Assembly: GCA_033442325.1 (NCBI GenBank)
Contig: JAWQFM010000011.1
Location: 1,503,861 to 1,566,768, forward strand
Source of the DNA: Salpingoeca rosetta
Taxonomy: Eukaryota; Protista; Choanoflagellata
Length of the DNA: 62,908 nucleotides
Reading direction: 5' to 3'
Shown: in pieces, positions 24,112 to 37,269 of the stretch
Position numbering within the stretch: the first letter of the stretch is position 1
How the letters are laid out: each line of letters begins with the position of its first letter
The notes under the pieces: model-generated
Told to the model about the DNA's origin: nothing
Databases searched by the model: none
What the model saw: the letters and a program-made list of their open reading frames with translations, nothing else
Made by a program: the position numbers and the translations under genes

Positions 24112-26180
24112 GAAGGAGAATACCCAGAGCAAGCGCAGCGCAGCAGCACAGGCTGCCCCTTCCAAGCGTGCAAAGACCGCCACCAGTCGTAGCAGTCGGA
24201 CGGGCGCCGAGGAAGCACTGTTGCAGGACATGGCAGCTGCTGGCATCACACAACGTCAGCCATCGTCGTCTGCACCAGCATCTGGGCGAGCCACGCCCCG
24301 GCTCACGCGACGGGTGAAGCCAAGTGCAAAGGTGCTGGCCAATCAAGAGCAAGAGTTGGAAGCTGCCACGAGCAAGACGCAACACACCAAGCGCCCGAAA
24401 ACAGGAACCGCCAAGCGAAGTGCAAGCGCCACCCTGCCCACGGGCAACGTGTTTGAAACTGACTTGCGTTCCTCAAAAACAACGCCGATCAAGCACGAGC
24501 AAACGGCAACAAAGGATCTTGGGAGCGCCGAATGGGCTGCAGAGGTCGTGGCAGGGCCACCATCGCCTCCGCCCCTGAATGAGGAAGGCGAGCCCGTCGT
24601 GCTGGCCCTGGGGCCGTCAAAGCCGCTTTCAAAACAGCTGCTGAACCGCTTGCGTGCATACCCGGAATTTTCGCCATCCACATCGCGTGGGCACTCGCCC
24701 CCACCATCTCAGAAGCGCGGGCCAAAGAGCAAGGCTACGTCCGGCAGGTCCACGCCAAGGAAGGCGGCCACCAAAGCAGGAAAGCGCGCCACAACGGCGC
24801 ATGCAGCCAAACCATCATCCCCAACATCCCCGTCATCGTCAGCATCGCCCTCCTCGCGTCGTGCACAGGGTAAGCAGGCGTCCAAGCCCGGAACACCCTC
24901 GCCGAAAACCAGCTCGCCACTGGTGGTGGCCGCCAGCTCCCAAGGCTCCGAACAACGCGCTTGGAAGATGTGTCCCAAGTGCAACAGAAAGCACTGGAAC
25001 ACGGATCCGTGCTCGCTCATGGACGCGCAAGCACAAGGGGCGGGCAGCGACCCGTCGAGCACCCAAGAGAATGTGGCCACAATGAGGCGCAAGTGGAGTG
25101 GCACAGCCACGCAATCGCTGCTGGAGATTCTCGAATCGCAACAGCAGGCCGACATGTTGGCCGCTGGATCATCGTCGCATGCACGGACGAAAGTGAAGCT
25201 TTCCCCGCGACCGCCACTGCCAACTTCCACGCAACCTCGTACGTGTGTAACTGCGTGTGTTTGTGTTTGCACTTCAGTAATTGTGAGTAAAAGTTGTCTT
25301 CGTTGGGGTGTGCTTCCGGGTTGCTGTTTGCTTTGCTGGTCGTGATGATGGTTGTTGGAGGCTGTGATCTTTGCACGCTGAAGACGCCACGTGCGTGTGC
25401 CACATTTGTGTGTGTGTGTGGGGCGGGGGCGCTGTTGCCCCGAAAAAATTGCCTGTCGAGTCATTTCAAATCAACTTTGGTCACGTGTGACATGACGGTT
25501 CTTCACACGATTCTGGCTGCAATGATTGACCACGTGCGCACGATGCAAATTTTGGACACCAGTGCCCACAGAAACGCAGAAGACCCGCGTCGATCGTGTG
25601 TACAGGATCATCGGCCGGAAGGTATGTCTGCGATGACATGAGCTATGATGGTGATGGCACACGAGCGTAGGCGTGCAAGACTGAGGCTCAGGGTGCCATC
25701 GTGTCGTTAGGGAGAGGTTTGTGGAGATTTCGATGAACTTTCGTGTGTCAAATTCCCCTCTGACAAGCACTGAGCATGTGTGCGTGTGTATGTGTGTGTA
25801 TGTGTGTGTATGTGTGTGTTTCATGTGCGGAAACATGCTGCCCATGGACTGGTGCTTGCAGCATGATGTCACGTCCGGTGCGGATGGTCGGTACGGCATC
25901 ACGGGTCACGCAACCAAGGTGAGGAACATGCACTTGTTGCAGCCCGAAAGGGATGTGTTCTGTGGAACACAGCACAGCAACGTGTGCACATTCGGTGTGC
26001 ACATCTGACGTCGTCACATTTCTGCGTACTGACTTCGCTTGCTTGCTTGATGCAGGGGAGCATGGCAAAACTGCTGACGCTGCTGCAGAACAAGGTGAGC
26101 TCATGCGCGTGTGCATGTGAATGTTCTGGTGTGTTGGTTGTTGGTGTTTGTGTGTACGCATTTCTTAGTTGTGGTTACAC

Positions 26181-26211
<31 letters not shown>

Positions 26212-26890
26212 TGTGTCAGCGTGCACACTCACCGCCCTCATCCCACCCCTTGTTCAACGCCTTGTTGAAACCTGCTGTGTGTAGTGTGAGTTGAACGAGA
26301 ATGCAACGTTCTTGGACTTGGGCCATGGCATGGGCCGCCCCAACTTCCACGCAGCCGCATTAACACCGCCAGTCAAGGCCAGGTATGCAGGGTTGTTGAT
26401 GCAAAGAGCGCGTTTGTTTGTACACGTGCGTGCGTATGTGTGTGCGTGTGTGTGCGTGTGTGTGCAGATGTGCAATTGTGTGCGTATGTGTGAGGCTTCG
26501 TGTGAACGTAGCTGGGTGCATGTGGGTATGCATGACCGTGTTTGCATGTGATCATTTGCAGCCATATGCGCTCCAGCGTGCGCATCTGCTTTGGCTTCGG
26601 CGTTCATGTTGTTGCATGACGTTCTCTCGCTTTTGACTCCGTGTGGGCACCGATAACTCAACGTATGCTGGGCGACATCACCAAATCCCAGTGTTGGCAC
26701 GGAGTACAATCCCCATCTGTACAAGCAATCCATGCTCGTGCTTCGCGAGCTGGCCCAGGAGGACCCCTCCTACCTTGTAAGTTGATGTTTGGAAAGCGCC
26801 TTGCTGTACTCGTGTTTCGCTTGGCGCCACTGGTACGATTTGAGACATGATGGTTCATGATGTTTGAGCCCTGACATGCATGTGTCCTTG

Positions 26891-26947
<57 letters not shown>

Positions 26948-29225
26948 TTCGTTTCACTAGGCCAACCCGCGTGTGTTCTTCATGGATCGGAACATCCGAG
27001 ATCTCTCCAGCATTGTACCCTTTACGCACCTCTTCTGCTTCAACATTGGTAAGGGCGGAGCGTGCGCTTGCTGCTGTGCAGGCTATCCTTGAAGGTGAAC
27101 ACACGTGAGCAATCCCCACACTTCTCGACAAACACCAAACGCACACACACACTCTCCTTGCCAGGGATGCCGGATGACATTGTGCGCCACATCATGAAGC
27201 TCATTTCAGCCAGCACAACCCTCAAGTACAATCCGCAATGTTGTGTGTGTGCGTGTGTGTGTGTGTGTGTGCGTGCGTGTGTGCGTGTGTGCGTGTGTGT
27301 ACGTGTGACCATTTCCGTGTTTGCCCAGCCGTTAACCAGGCAGTCAGCCATGTGCGCGTGCATGTTCATGTTGTGCACATCAACAGCCCACAGCGCCAAA
27401 AGCAACGTCTAACATCATGCCACTGCCATCTCCACTGGTGTTGTTTTCACCCTCTGTTTCTCAGGTATGCTGTGCTGTTTCCGCACAACTACGTGACGAG
27501 TGCGCGCATCAGTGCGCTTGGGGAGCGCGTGTGCTCCCTGCCCATGAGCATGCCTGGTGGCTGCAGTTATGAGGCCATTGTCATCAAGGTGCAAGCAGTG
27601 TGGGGCGTGCGAGAGTGCGAGAGTGCGAGAGTGTGTTTAGCATTAGCCTGGATTTGCGAGCGTGTGCGGGAGTGTACTTGGCGTGAGCTGTTGTGCTTCC
27701 TGAAGAGGGCGCGCTCCGACTGTCAGAGCTGATGCCCTTCCCGTGTCTTGTTCCGTGTTGCGTCGCTGTGCCCACAGACGCGTCAGGCCAAGGCAGGTGA
27801 CGGCTTCACCAAGGGGGACCATGCCAGCAGTGCTGCAGCATCGTCTGTCGACACGCTGCCATCGCCGGCCGTCCTTGGCGAGGTCGAGCCCCGACTCCGC
27901 ACCCACATCTCAGACGTGAGCTCAATGTGTTGGCGTGTGCGGTGTATGTGTGCGTGTGTGTGTGTGTGCATGTGTGTGTGTGTGTGCGTGCAAATGCATG
28001 TGTGTAGTGTGCACAGCACTTTTTCGCGTCGGTTTTGTTGAGTGCTAGGTGGCTGTAATGCTGCGTGTTATAAGTTTCATCGATGTTCCTCGTGCTGTGC
28101 CCAATGCCCGCGCGCTTACATTTTGCATGCCACGCCACACCACGTCACAGCGGGATGAGGATGTTGACTGCATCTTCCAGCTGCTGGCGGATCCACAGCT
28201 CTACTCCATTTATGTCCGCGACCTTGGCGCCGTTGGCGTACGTTGCTGTGTTGCCTGTTGCGATATGTGTATTCGTGTGTGTATTGTGTGTAAATTGTGT
28301 GTGCGCGCGTGTACGTGTACATGTACGTGTTTGTGTGTGTGTGTGCTTGCGTGTGTGCGTGCGAGTTTGAGTGTGTGTGCAAATGTGTGTGTGTTGTGTG
28401 TGTGTGCACTTGTGCGTTGATAAGAGCACATGCACGCTTTTGGTTGTTTCCCGCCATGCCTCACGTGATACCTGGGACGGTGCGTGCTGGTGTGTCAACA
28501 TGATGTTAGGCGCTTGAGTTTGAAGAACGACAGCTTCGGTCCACACGCGCCAGCCGCCGCAGCTCCCACAACACCCGCTTCCTCGCCATGAGCCCTTGCC
28601 TTCCAGACATCCCTCTCGGGTGCGTACACAACTGTGTGTGCGTGTGTGTGTGTGTGCGTGCGTGTGTGCGTGTGTACGTGTGTGTGCGTGTGTGTACGTG
28701 TGTGTACGTGTGCTCTGTGCGCACCGCGAGTACGTTTTGTTGTCGCGTGCACGTTTTGTTGTCGCAACTGACTGCTTCGTTCTCCCGCGTTGGTCCTTTT
28801 CCCCCTCCTCTTCAGACTTCTTCGCCGCGTCTGTATTGCCCTCGGACTCTCCTCATCCGGAGAGAAGGTGCGTGCGTGCATGTGTGTGCAAGAGTGCGCG
28901 CGCGTGTGGCATTGGCCCTGCGCTTCTTTTCCTGTTTCGTGTCACGACCATCCTCCCCCCCCCCCCCAATGCTCTCATCCCCGCATCCCTCAAATGCACC
29001 CTCCTCACTATTCACGCTCTCTTCCACTCCTGCATGTCCCCGCCGTTTTGATGTCTTCCTTTGCAGGTCGATCTGCTGGCAAATGTGCAGGCATATGTGC
29101 CGGCGACCTTTGGCATCTCCATGTTTGCAACGGGCCAGCGCTACAGCTCCGACGACGTGGACCGTATCGTCTCCAAGGTGAGGAGGAGGAGGGAAGGAAT
29201 GGATGGACAACGTCTTGGAGAATGA
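23192..29225 (+). CDS. Multidomain chromatin protein: Tudor-like domain, basic disordered region with CCHC knuckle, DOT1-like class I SAM methyltransferase, SAP-like motif
   Basis: Approximate exons 23192-25238, 25563-25621, 25862-25918, 26056-26094, 26285-26382, 26692-26776, 26961-27048, 27165-27225, 27466-27588, 27778-27915, 28151-28237, 28510-28619, 28816-28867 and 29067-29225 join in frame. Motifs: LLGRFIQRYFDGYGNYTGKITSID..VVYEDGATEEI; CPKCNRKHWNTDPC; FLDLGHGMGRPNFHAA..SVGTEYN..FTHLFCFNIGMP; LPDIPLGLLRRVCIALGLSSSGEKVDLLANVQAY. The exact 3' end is uncertain. Confidence 0.8.
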
Positions 29226-29573
29226 CACGGGAAGGCGTGTGAAGGGGGGAGCGCGCGGAAGTGAGGGAAGCAGCTGGTATTGCTCTCATCGGTATGAAGA
29301 CGTTGACACAGACTCACAAACCACATGCAGATAGATCCGCGCATTGGCACAAACACACACAGACACATGCACAGACACACCACAAATGCATCACAACACG
29401 CTCACGTTCCCCTTGCAAACGTCTGCCATAAATGCTAGCTGCTTGCCAAGGAGCCATCTCGCCGCCAACCCGAGCTTGCCTGAGCCCTCTGATGGTTGTG
29501 TCACTTCTTTCTGTGTGTCTGTCTCTCTCTCTCTCTGTCTCTCTGTCTCTCTCTCTGTCTCTCTCTGTCTGTC

Positions 29574-29677
<104 letters not shown>

Positions 29678-30082
29678 TTGATACTTCCGCGTGTGTGAGT
29701 GCGATGAGTGAGACTGCAAGACGAGGTGCAGGACAAGATGAGGAACCAGCCCAAAGAAAGTGCCAACACAGCACGCCAGCGAGTATTCGCAGGAAATCAC
29801 GACCAATTTTCTCTCATGGTATTTGTTGATGAGTCATCGAACTCAACGGGCAGCCGCACCCTCCAACAAACCAACAACCAACCGCGCCGTCCTCCTCCAT
29901 CTTGGCACGGACGCAGCGACCAATCGATCCGGCGGCAGGCAGACAGGCAGCTGTCGCTGGTCGTCAAACATAAACAAAGCGGCCCTTCCACAACTCTCTC
30001 GAAGAGGTGGGTGAAGAGCGCGCCTTCCCCCCCCGGAACACAGCCAACCAACCCAACAACAGCAGCAGGTAAGGAAGCCAGG

Positions 30083-31986
30083 ATGGACGAAACAATTTGG
30101 TTCGAGACGTTCGAGGTGCAGCAGGCACAAGCGGCGACCAAAGCACCGCCATCCGCATCAACACCCAGCCATCACAACGACCAGCAACACCAACAGGAAG
30201 CGGTTTCGGAACAGAGCACAGCTGGCGTTGCCGTGCTTGATGTGAAAGTCGTGGATGCCGATGTCCTGCCACAGTCACAGAAAGCAGAACAAACAGAGAA
30301 CGACGTGCAGAATGAAGTGCAGAATGAAGTGCAGCCACCACCCAACTTCCACGATACGAAGGATGACGGCAACGCAGAGAAAGAGGAGGAAGAAGATGAT
30401 GATGAAGACGATGATGGCAACTGCAGCGTAATTATTCACGGCAGCGACAGCGGTGAGTGCGTGCCACGACGTTTTGCGTTTCGAGACATGTGTGCGTGTG
30501 AATGGGAGGGAAATGAAGTGGTATGTGTGAGTGTGTGAGTGTGAGAGACAGAGAGAATGTATGCGTGCGCGCGTGCGTGTGACAGACAGAGAGTGTGCGT
30601 GTGCGAGTGTGTGTGTGAATGTCTCTGTGTCTTTGTCTTTGTGTACCTGTGCGTTTTGCACGGCACGTTTGTGACCAAGCATCCTCACAGCAGCCACTGC
30701 GTGTGTGCATATGCATTGTGTTCAGAGGCGTGTGGGTCGACGTGGTATTGTCGCAGGCAAAGCCAGGCAGATCTGGGCGTGAGCGAAACGGAGGTTGAGC
30801 AATTAACCAACGAGTCAGATGTGTATGGCGACGAAGATGACGACGACGAAGACTACGATGACGACGACGCCACCCATCCCGGTCAGAAAACGCGCGCGTG
30901 TGTGTATGTGTGTGTGTGTGTGTGCGTGCGTACGTGTGTGTGTGTGTGCGTGTATGTGTGTATGTGTGTGTTGAAAGACTGTTGTTTGCTGGGGTGTGAT
31001 GCGAACAGCACGCCTCGTGCGGTCATGTGTGCTTGGAGAGCCTCGTTTGCTCTGCCGTCTAACATGGAGTGCTCTCTGTTTATTTTGGTGCTGGTCAGCT
31101 GTTGGGTGTGGATTGTTCGCACTGTACGACCGTCGGCGGCCTGCGCAAGGCAACAACGACGCGCACGGGCGCGGCTCGGGAAAAGGCGACAAAGAAGACG
31201 ACGGCAAAGGCTCTGCGCATCGCCATGGCGCACATAAGCGCGTGCACGTGGAGATTATGAAGGACCTGGCCAAGATTGGAGACAGCGTACGCACCTCTGC
31301 AAAGAAGGGGCAGTCCATGATCACACAGGTGTGTCAATCTGTGTGTACATTTATGTGTGTGTGCGTGTGTGTGTGTGTGTTGGTTAACTGTGCAGGTGGT
31401 CGGCCTTGTCGCATGTCCTTTTTCTTTCAAACAATGCAGGTGTGGCGAACTCGCTGCTCGCTTCTCACCATCTGCTTGGACGTGTGCAGATGACGGACTG
31501 GCTCTCATGTCTTCTCGGAAACGGCAAAGAGGAGGAAGATGCTGGCTTCGACATCAAGTTTGAGAAGGTGTGTGTGTGTGTGTGTGCGCGTGCATGTGTG
31601 TGTTGGCGTCACATTTTGCGATGCTTTTGCGATGCTGCTACGCTTGTGTGTTCCTGATACTTATTTCAATCACGTGCGTGTGTACTTTGCGTGACATCCC
31701 CTTCACAACAGATTAAGCACCTCAAGTTCATTGGCTCCGGTGCTCAAGGCTGCGTCTATCTTGGCACATACAAGGTATGACATGGCGTGACTTTGAATGC
31801 AGATGAGGCCATCTCGCGTGCGTGTGTACGTGCGTGTGTACGTGTGTACGTGTGTGCCGTCACATCTTCACGCATGTCCATGGCTGTGGCTCTGCCGAAC
31901 TTCCCCTTCCACGTTTGCCATGCGCCTTTGCGTTGCTGTCACGCTGTCGTATTCACATGCAACACACACATACATACACACACATG

Positions 31987-32045
<59 letters not shown>

Positions 32046-33867
32046 CATGAGGAGGTTGCGGTGAAGAAGATGAAGGAGTTGAGTATGACTGTCAAGGAGG
32101 AGAGTCTGTTGCGAACACTCAATCACGACAATATCATCCGCCTCATTGGCGTTTGCAAAACCGCGCCCGTCTACGCCGTCGTCATGGAGGTGCGTGCGTG
32201 CGTGCGTGTGTCTGTGTCTGTCTGTGCGTGCGTGCGTGCGTGTGTCTGTGTCTGTGTCTGTATGTGCGCAATTCAAACGTCATGCATGTCAAACATCATG
32301 CATGTCACTGCCATTATTGCACGGGATGAAACGTCCACTTCTCACACCATCCCCTTCCTCCTCGTTGACAGTACTGCCCGCAAAGCCTGTACGATGTGCT
32401 GCAGCGGCGCCACCTCCCGCCCGCCGGTGTCGTCAACTGGGCGTCACAGGTCGCACACGGCATGCAGTACCTCCACGGCAAAGGCATTGTCCACCGCGAC
32501 CTCAAGGTGCCGCGCACTTGCACACGTGTGATGTGTGTGTGTGTGTGTGTGTGATGTGTGGCAAATGGTGGCGCTTGTTTTCGTTTGCTTTGGCTATTTC
32601 CTTCTCTTCCTCACTGCCGCAAACACACACATACACGCACGCATACACACAAACAACACACAAACAACACACAAACAACACACAAACAACACACAAACAA
32701 CACACAAACAACACGCGTGTACAGTCGCCAAACATCCTGCTTGGGCAGGACAAGGCGACGCTCAAGATCTCGGACTTTGGCTGCTGCCGTGAATACCGGC
32801 ACGGCAAGTCTGTCACCATGTCCTTCAGCGGCACCGCTGCTTGGATGGCACCAGAGATTATTCGGTGCGCACACATCAGGGGCGAAGCCGGGTGGCGAGA
32901 GAGAGAGAGAGAGTGTGTGTGTGTGTTGTTGTTGTTGTTGTTGTTGTTGCTTGTGCGTGTTGTGTTTTGGAATGGGCGGGGGTGTATGACTGTTACCTGC
33001 TGTGCAGCTTGTTTTGAGTGCGTGTGCGCGTGTGTGTATGCTTTGTTGTGTTGACGTTCGATGCTCATCCATCCACTCTTTGCCCCTGTACGTTTGCGGA
33101 ATTTGCGGGTGTGTTGCCAGGTCCGAGAGCTGTACGGAGCACGTTGACGTGTGGAGTTACGGCGTTGTCCTGTGGGAACTGCTGACACGCGAGGTACCAA
33201 TGGCAGCAGCCACTGCGCCAGCCACTTGACTTTAATTGCATGTACATGCAAACGAAAGGCTCCATCACCACACACACGACACACATGACACACAAACACA
33301 CACACGACACGCATGACACACACACACACACACACATACACACACACACACGCACGCACGTCAGTGTCAGAGTGCTTCTCGGTTTCGACTACACATCTCA
33401 TGCAATCACGTGTGCATCTGTATCAGGTTCCATACAAAGGCGTGGATGCGCACGCGATTGTGTGGGGCGTTGGCAACCAGCAGCTGCACCTCCCCGTGCC
33501 TGCAAGCACCCCCGATGGCCTGCGGCTCGTGCTGCAGCAGTGCTGGGACCAGACGCCCAAGAACCGCCCCTCGTTCACCATGATCCTGAAGATGTTGCAC
33601 GTGCTGGCCACCACTGACGCGCAGTTTGCAGCCATGTCCGACTCTGACTTTGAGCAGACGCAGCGGGAGTGGCGTGAGGAGATTACAGCCAAGTTTGCGG
33701 CCATGAAGCAAATGGAGGAGCAGCGGCAGGTCTTGAGCGCAGACCTCGTCAGGTGCGTGTATGCGTTTGTATGTGCGTGTGCGTACGTGTGCGTACGTGT
33801 GCGTACGTGTGCGCGTCTGTATGCGTCTGTATGCGTGCGTGTGCGCGTGCGCGCGTGTGTGTGCGTC

Positions 33868-33901
<34 letters not shown>

Positions 33902-34880
33902 CGCGTCTGTGTGTGTGTGTGCGTGTTTGAGTATGTGTTTGTGTGTGTGTGTGTGTTTGTTTGTGTTTGTGTGTGCAATCACAAGTTGGTCGCATCTTGC
34001 TTCTCTCGGTCGTTTTCTCCTCTGTTCACTTGTTTGGCAACATCTGTTACGGTCTCAGTTCACATCACTCACCGTCACCCCCCCCCCAAACTCATTCTTG
34101 TTCTCCTGACTCGCCCATTCATGTGCCACCAACAGACAACGCACAGAAGAGCTGCATCATGCGCAGGAGATTCGCCAGTTGTACGAGCAACGCCTGGACG
34201 AGGTCCATCGCATCCTCCACCAGCTCAAGCTCAAGCGACGCAGGTGTGCGCGTGTGGTTTTGTGTGTATGTGTGTGTCGTGTATGTGTATGTGTGTTTGT
34301 GTCGTGTATGTGTATGTGTGTATGTGTGTGCGTGTGTGCGTGTGACTGCCATTGTGTTTGGCCGCTGCATGCAACCAGTCTCACATTCATCAATGTACGC
34401 GTACCCACACACACTCACGCCACCTTGTCTGTGCGCTACTGCTGCCAGGGAGAAAAGGCGTCGTGGTCGCCACTCCCGCTCTGCTTCTCGCGACTTCCGT
34501 CGCCCCCGCAAATCCCCGCAGCACCAGCACTCGCACTCCCGTGCTCCCTCCGACGCCGCCGTCAGCGTGGTGTGTGTGTGTGTGTGCGTATTTGTGTGTG
34601 CGTATTTCTGCGTGTGTATATTTCTGTGCCTGTGTGTATACATCTGTCTGTCTGAGTGTGTGTCTGTCTCTGTGTGACTAACTGACTTGACTCTTTCCAT
34701 CTCTATGTCTCCATTTCTCGCCTTTTTGTCATTGTCATTGATCTGGTGTCGTCCTTGCTCACCCTCAATTGCTGGCCCACGTCGCACCATACACTGCACA
34801 TTGCGCAGGAGACACTGCAGTGGTATTTGGAGCACGCGGCGGAAATGAGTGGCCACGACGACTCACTGTCACAAGCGTAA
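30083..34880 (+). CDS. MAP3K12/13: Dual leucine zipper kinase (DLK/LZK, MAP3K12/13-like)
   Basis: Spliced kinase: [119 protein letters not shown]. It is followed by the DLK-type zipper region [25 protein letters not shown]. Confidence 0.9.
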
Positions 34881-34966
34881 TCCAACGCAGCAGCACACAC
34901 AATCGTGCACGTACACATGCCCCGCTTCTCCCTCTCCCTCTGTAGTACTCCCTTGATTTCTCGCTG

Positions 34967-35001
<35 letters not shown>

Positions 35002-35652
35002 CCCTTCCTATTACCGACGCGACAGGCCAAGGTGCATTGCTTTGTTTGTACCGTCCATTGCCCCTTGTTCTGCGCTTTCGTTTTCGTGGTGGTGGTCCGT
35101 GTGGCATTTACACTGCGACTGTGGATGATGCTTCGACACGCACCTTGATTGGCTCAACGCCTGCACTGCCGTTTCCCCTATTCTGTTCCCTTTGGTTCTC
35201 CAAACCTTTGTCGAAACTTGCTCGCGTTATCGCTTTCTGATTGATGTCCTTCGCTTACAGACAGCTCTTGTTTCAGTTCGCCTAATTCTCCACTGTGTGG
35301 TCGTTATTCGCGTTAACAAGTCGTGTGAGGCTTTCGATTGTTTCTTGTTCGGCAAGGGGGCCTTCCACACTCCCGCTCTGCCTCTTCCTTCCTTTCTCTC
35401 TTGCTTCCCTGCATCTTCGCTTGTTACATGACATGATTTGACTACTGTCCAATGCTCGTGCCTTGTTAATGTAAATTGCTTCTCTTTTTTATTTCTGCTC
35501 TGACCACCCAGCTGTGGAAGTAAACACATTTCAACGGCCTTGACATTTGACGCGCAAATGTGTGCTTGTGCTTGTGCGAGTGTGTACGTGCGGGGCGTGA
35601 GCTCACATGGAAGTGCACAGCCCTTAAGTTTGAAGACGTGTTCTGATGATGT

Positions 35653-35683
<31 letters not shown>

Positions 35684-35958
35684 CAACGTGCCTTGCTTGT
35701 TTGGAGGCTGGTTCGTTCGTTCTATTGGTTTTGTTACACGCGCCCAATCAACAAGCGGGGAAGCGGTACAGCCGCTCACTCGACGCTCAAATACACCATT
35801 CAACACGCACGCACACACAAGAGAGCCATGAAAATGTTTACACAGGGCACACAAGGGGGACCAACGCAGGAGGTGCACAGGGAGGAGGGGAGGACTTTGT
35901 CAGGGGTAGTAACATTATACTGGCTGTTTCATGCACGTGCTGGCGACTCCCTGGCCGT

Positions 35959-36109
35959 TCAGATGGCCTCAAGACCCTTCATCGTGGCAATGCTGTTCCC
36001 TCGGATCACCTAGCAAAGCGGTGTGAAAGGTGATTGGGGGGGGGGGAGAACGGTGAGCAGCGATCATGGTTGCTGGAGCAAGCGTGTCACAGGGAGAGAG
36101 GAGAGAGAG

Positions 36110-36180
<71 letters not shown>

Positions 36181-37269
36181 GAGAGAGTGTGTGTGTGTGT
36201 GTGCGTGTGAAAGGAGAAGGACAAAAGCAAACGAACAAAAACAGGAGAAGGATGTCGCCATCGCTTGAACGTTTGCCTCTAAACACAAAAGTCAGTAAGG
36301 CAAGCGCGGTTGACGCATGAAGCGTCATTCGCACGAACGGCATGTTGGTGTTGCACTACAATCTTCAAAGGACAGCATGGGTAGAGCTGGCAATTGTACA
36401 CACAGAGTGCGTTGACAAAAGGAAGAACGGAACGGTGGGAAAAAAAAGGGCGAGGGGGAGAAGGAAGGAGATGTGTCGAGAGACGGAGACGTGGTGCAAG
36501 ACTGCAAGACTGCAAACAGTATCGTGTGTTTTGCACACTCACGAAACACATACGGAAGCGCAACAGTGCAGTTCAGAGCTGGTGTCGACTTACCACAACA
36601 CCAATCTTGACTTGCTCGCCATCTGGCTTGTGCTCCACTGTCTGATCCATCACAATGTTCCTGACACAAAAGAAGCAAAGCGAGTGAGGCGGTGAATGTG
36701 AGTGAATGTGAGTGTGAGAGTTGTGTGTGTGTGTTGGGGGCGGAGGAATTGTATGTCGTCATGCTCTCACTTTGGTGTGACACGCGCACATGCACCACAC
36801 ACACACACACACACACACATACATACACATGCACTCGCACAACTCACATGAAAGGGTCGAAGCCGCGCAGAATGCCGGAAACCTTTCTGTTGGCGTTAAG
36901 CTTCAGCTCGAGCTTCTTGTCCTGCGACCACAATCAAGGTGATTGGGAACAGTGAGATCAGTCGCACACACACATACGCAAACACATGCATTCAGGTAAA
37001 TCACCACACCCACACCCACACACACACACATGCAAACACACCCACACACATGCGAACACACACACATGCAAACGTACAAGAAACCGCTTGAGCTCTGGGG
37101 CTTGTGGTCTTCCCACTGTTCAAAACCAAACAGCACAGCAAGCCAAAAGGAGGCACGCGCGCATCCAAGGAGTGAGTCGGTATTGTCATCGTAAGGTTGG
37201 AACAACACCAGCAGAGCACCACACCACACCAGCACACCACCACACCACCACACCACACACGCACTCACT
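35959..37269 (-). CDS. SNRPG: Small nuclear ribonucleoprotein G (SmG), 76 aa; not in the ORF track
   Basis: Exons 37269 (A of ATG), 37115-37078, 36921-36848, 36660-36594 and 36009-35959 give MGRPQAPELKRFLDKKLELKLNANRKVSGILRGFDPFMNIVMDQTVEHKPDGEQVKIGVVVIRGNSIATMKGLEAI*. Sm1 (GILRGFDPFMN) and Sm2 (VVIRGNS) motifs match SmG. Confidence 0.93.
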
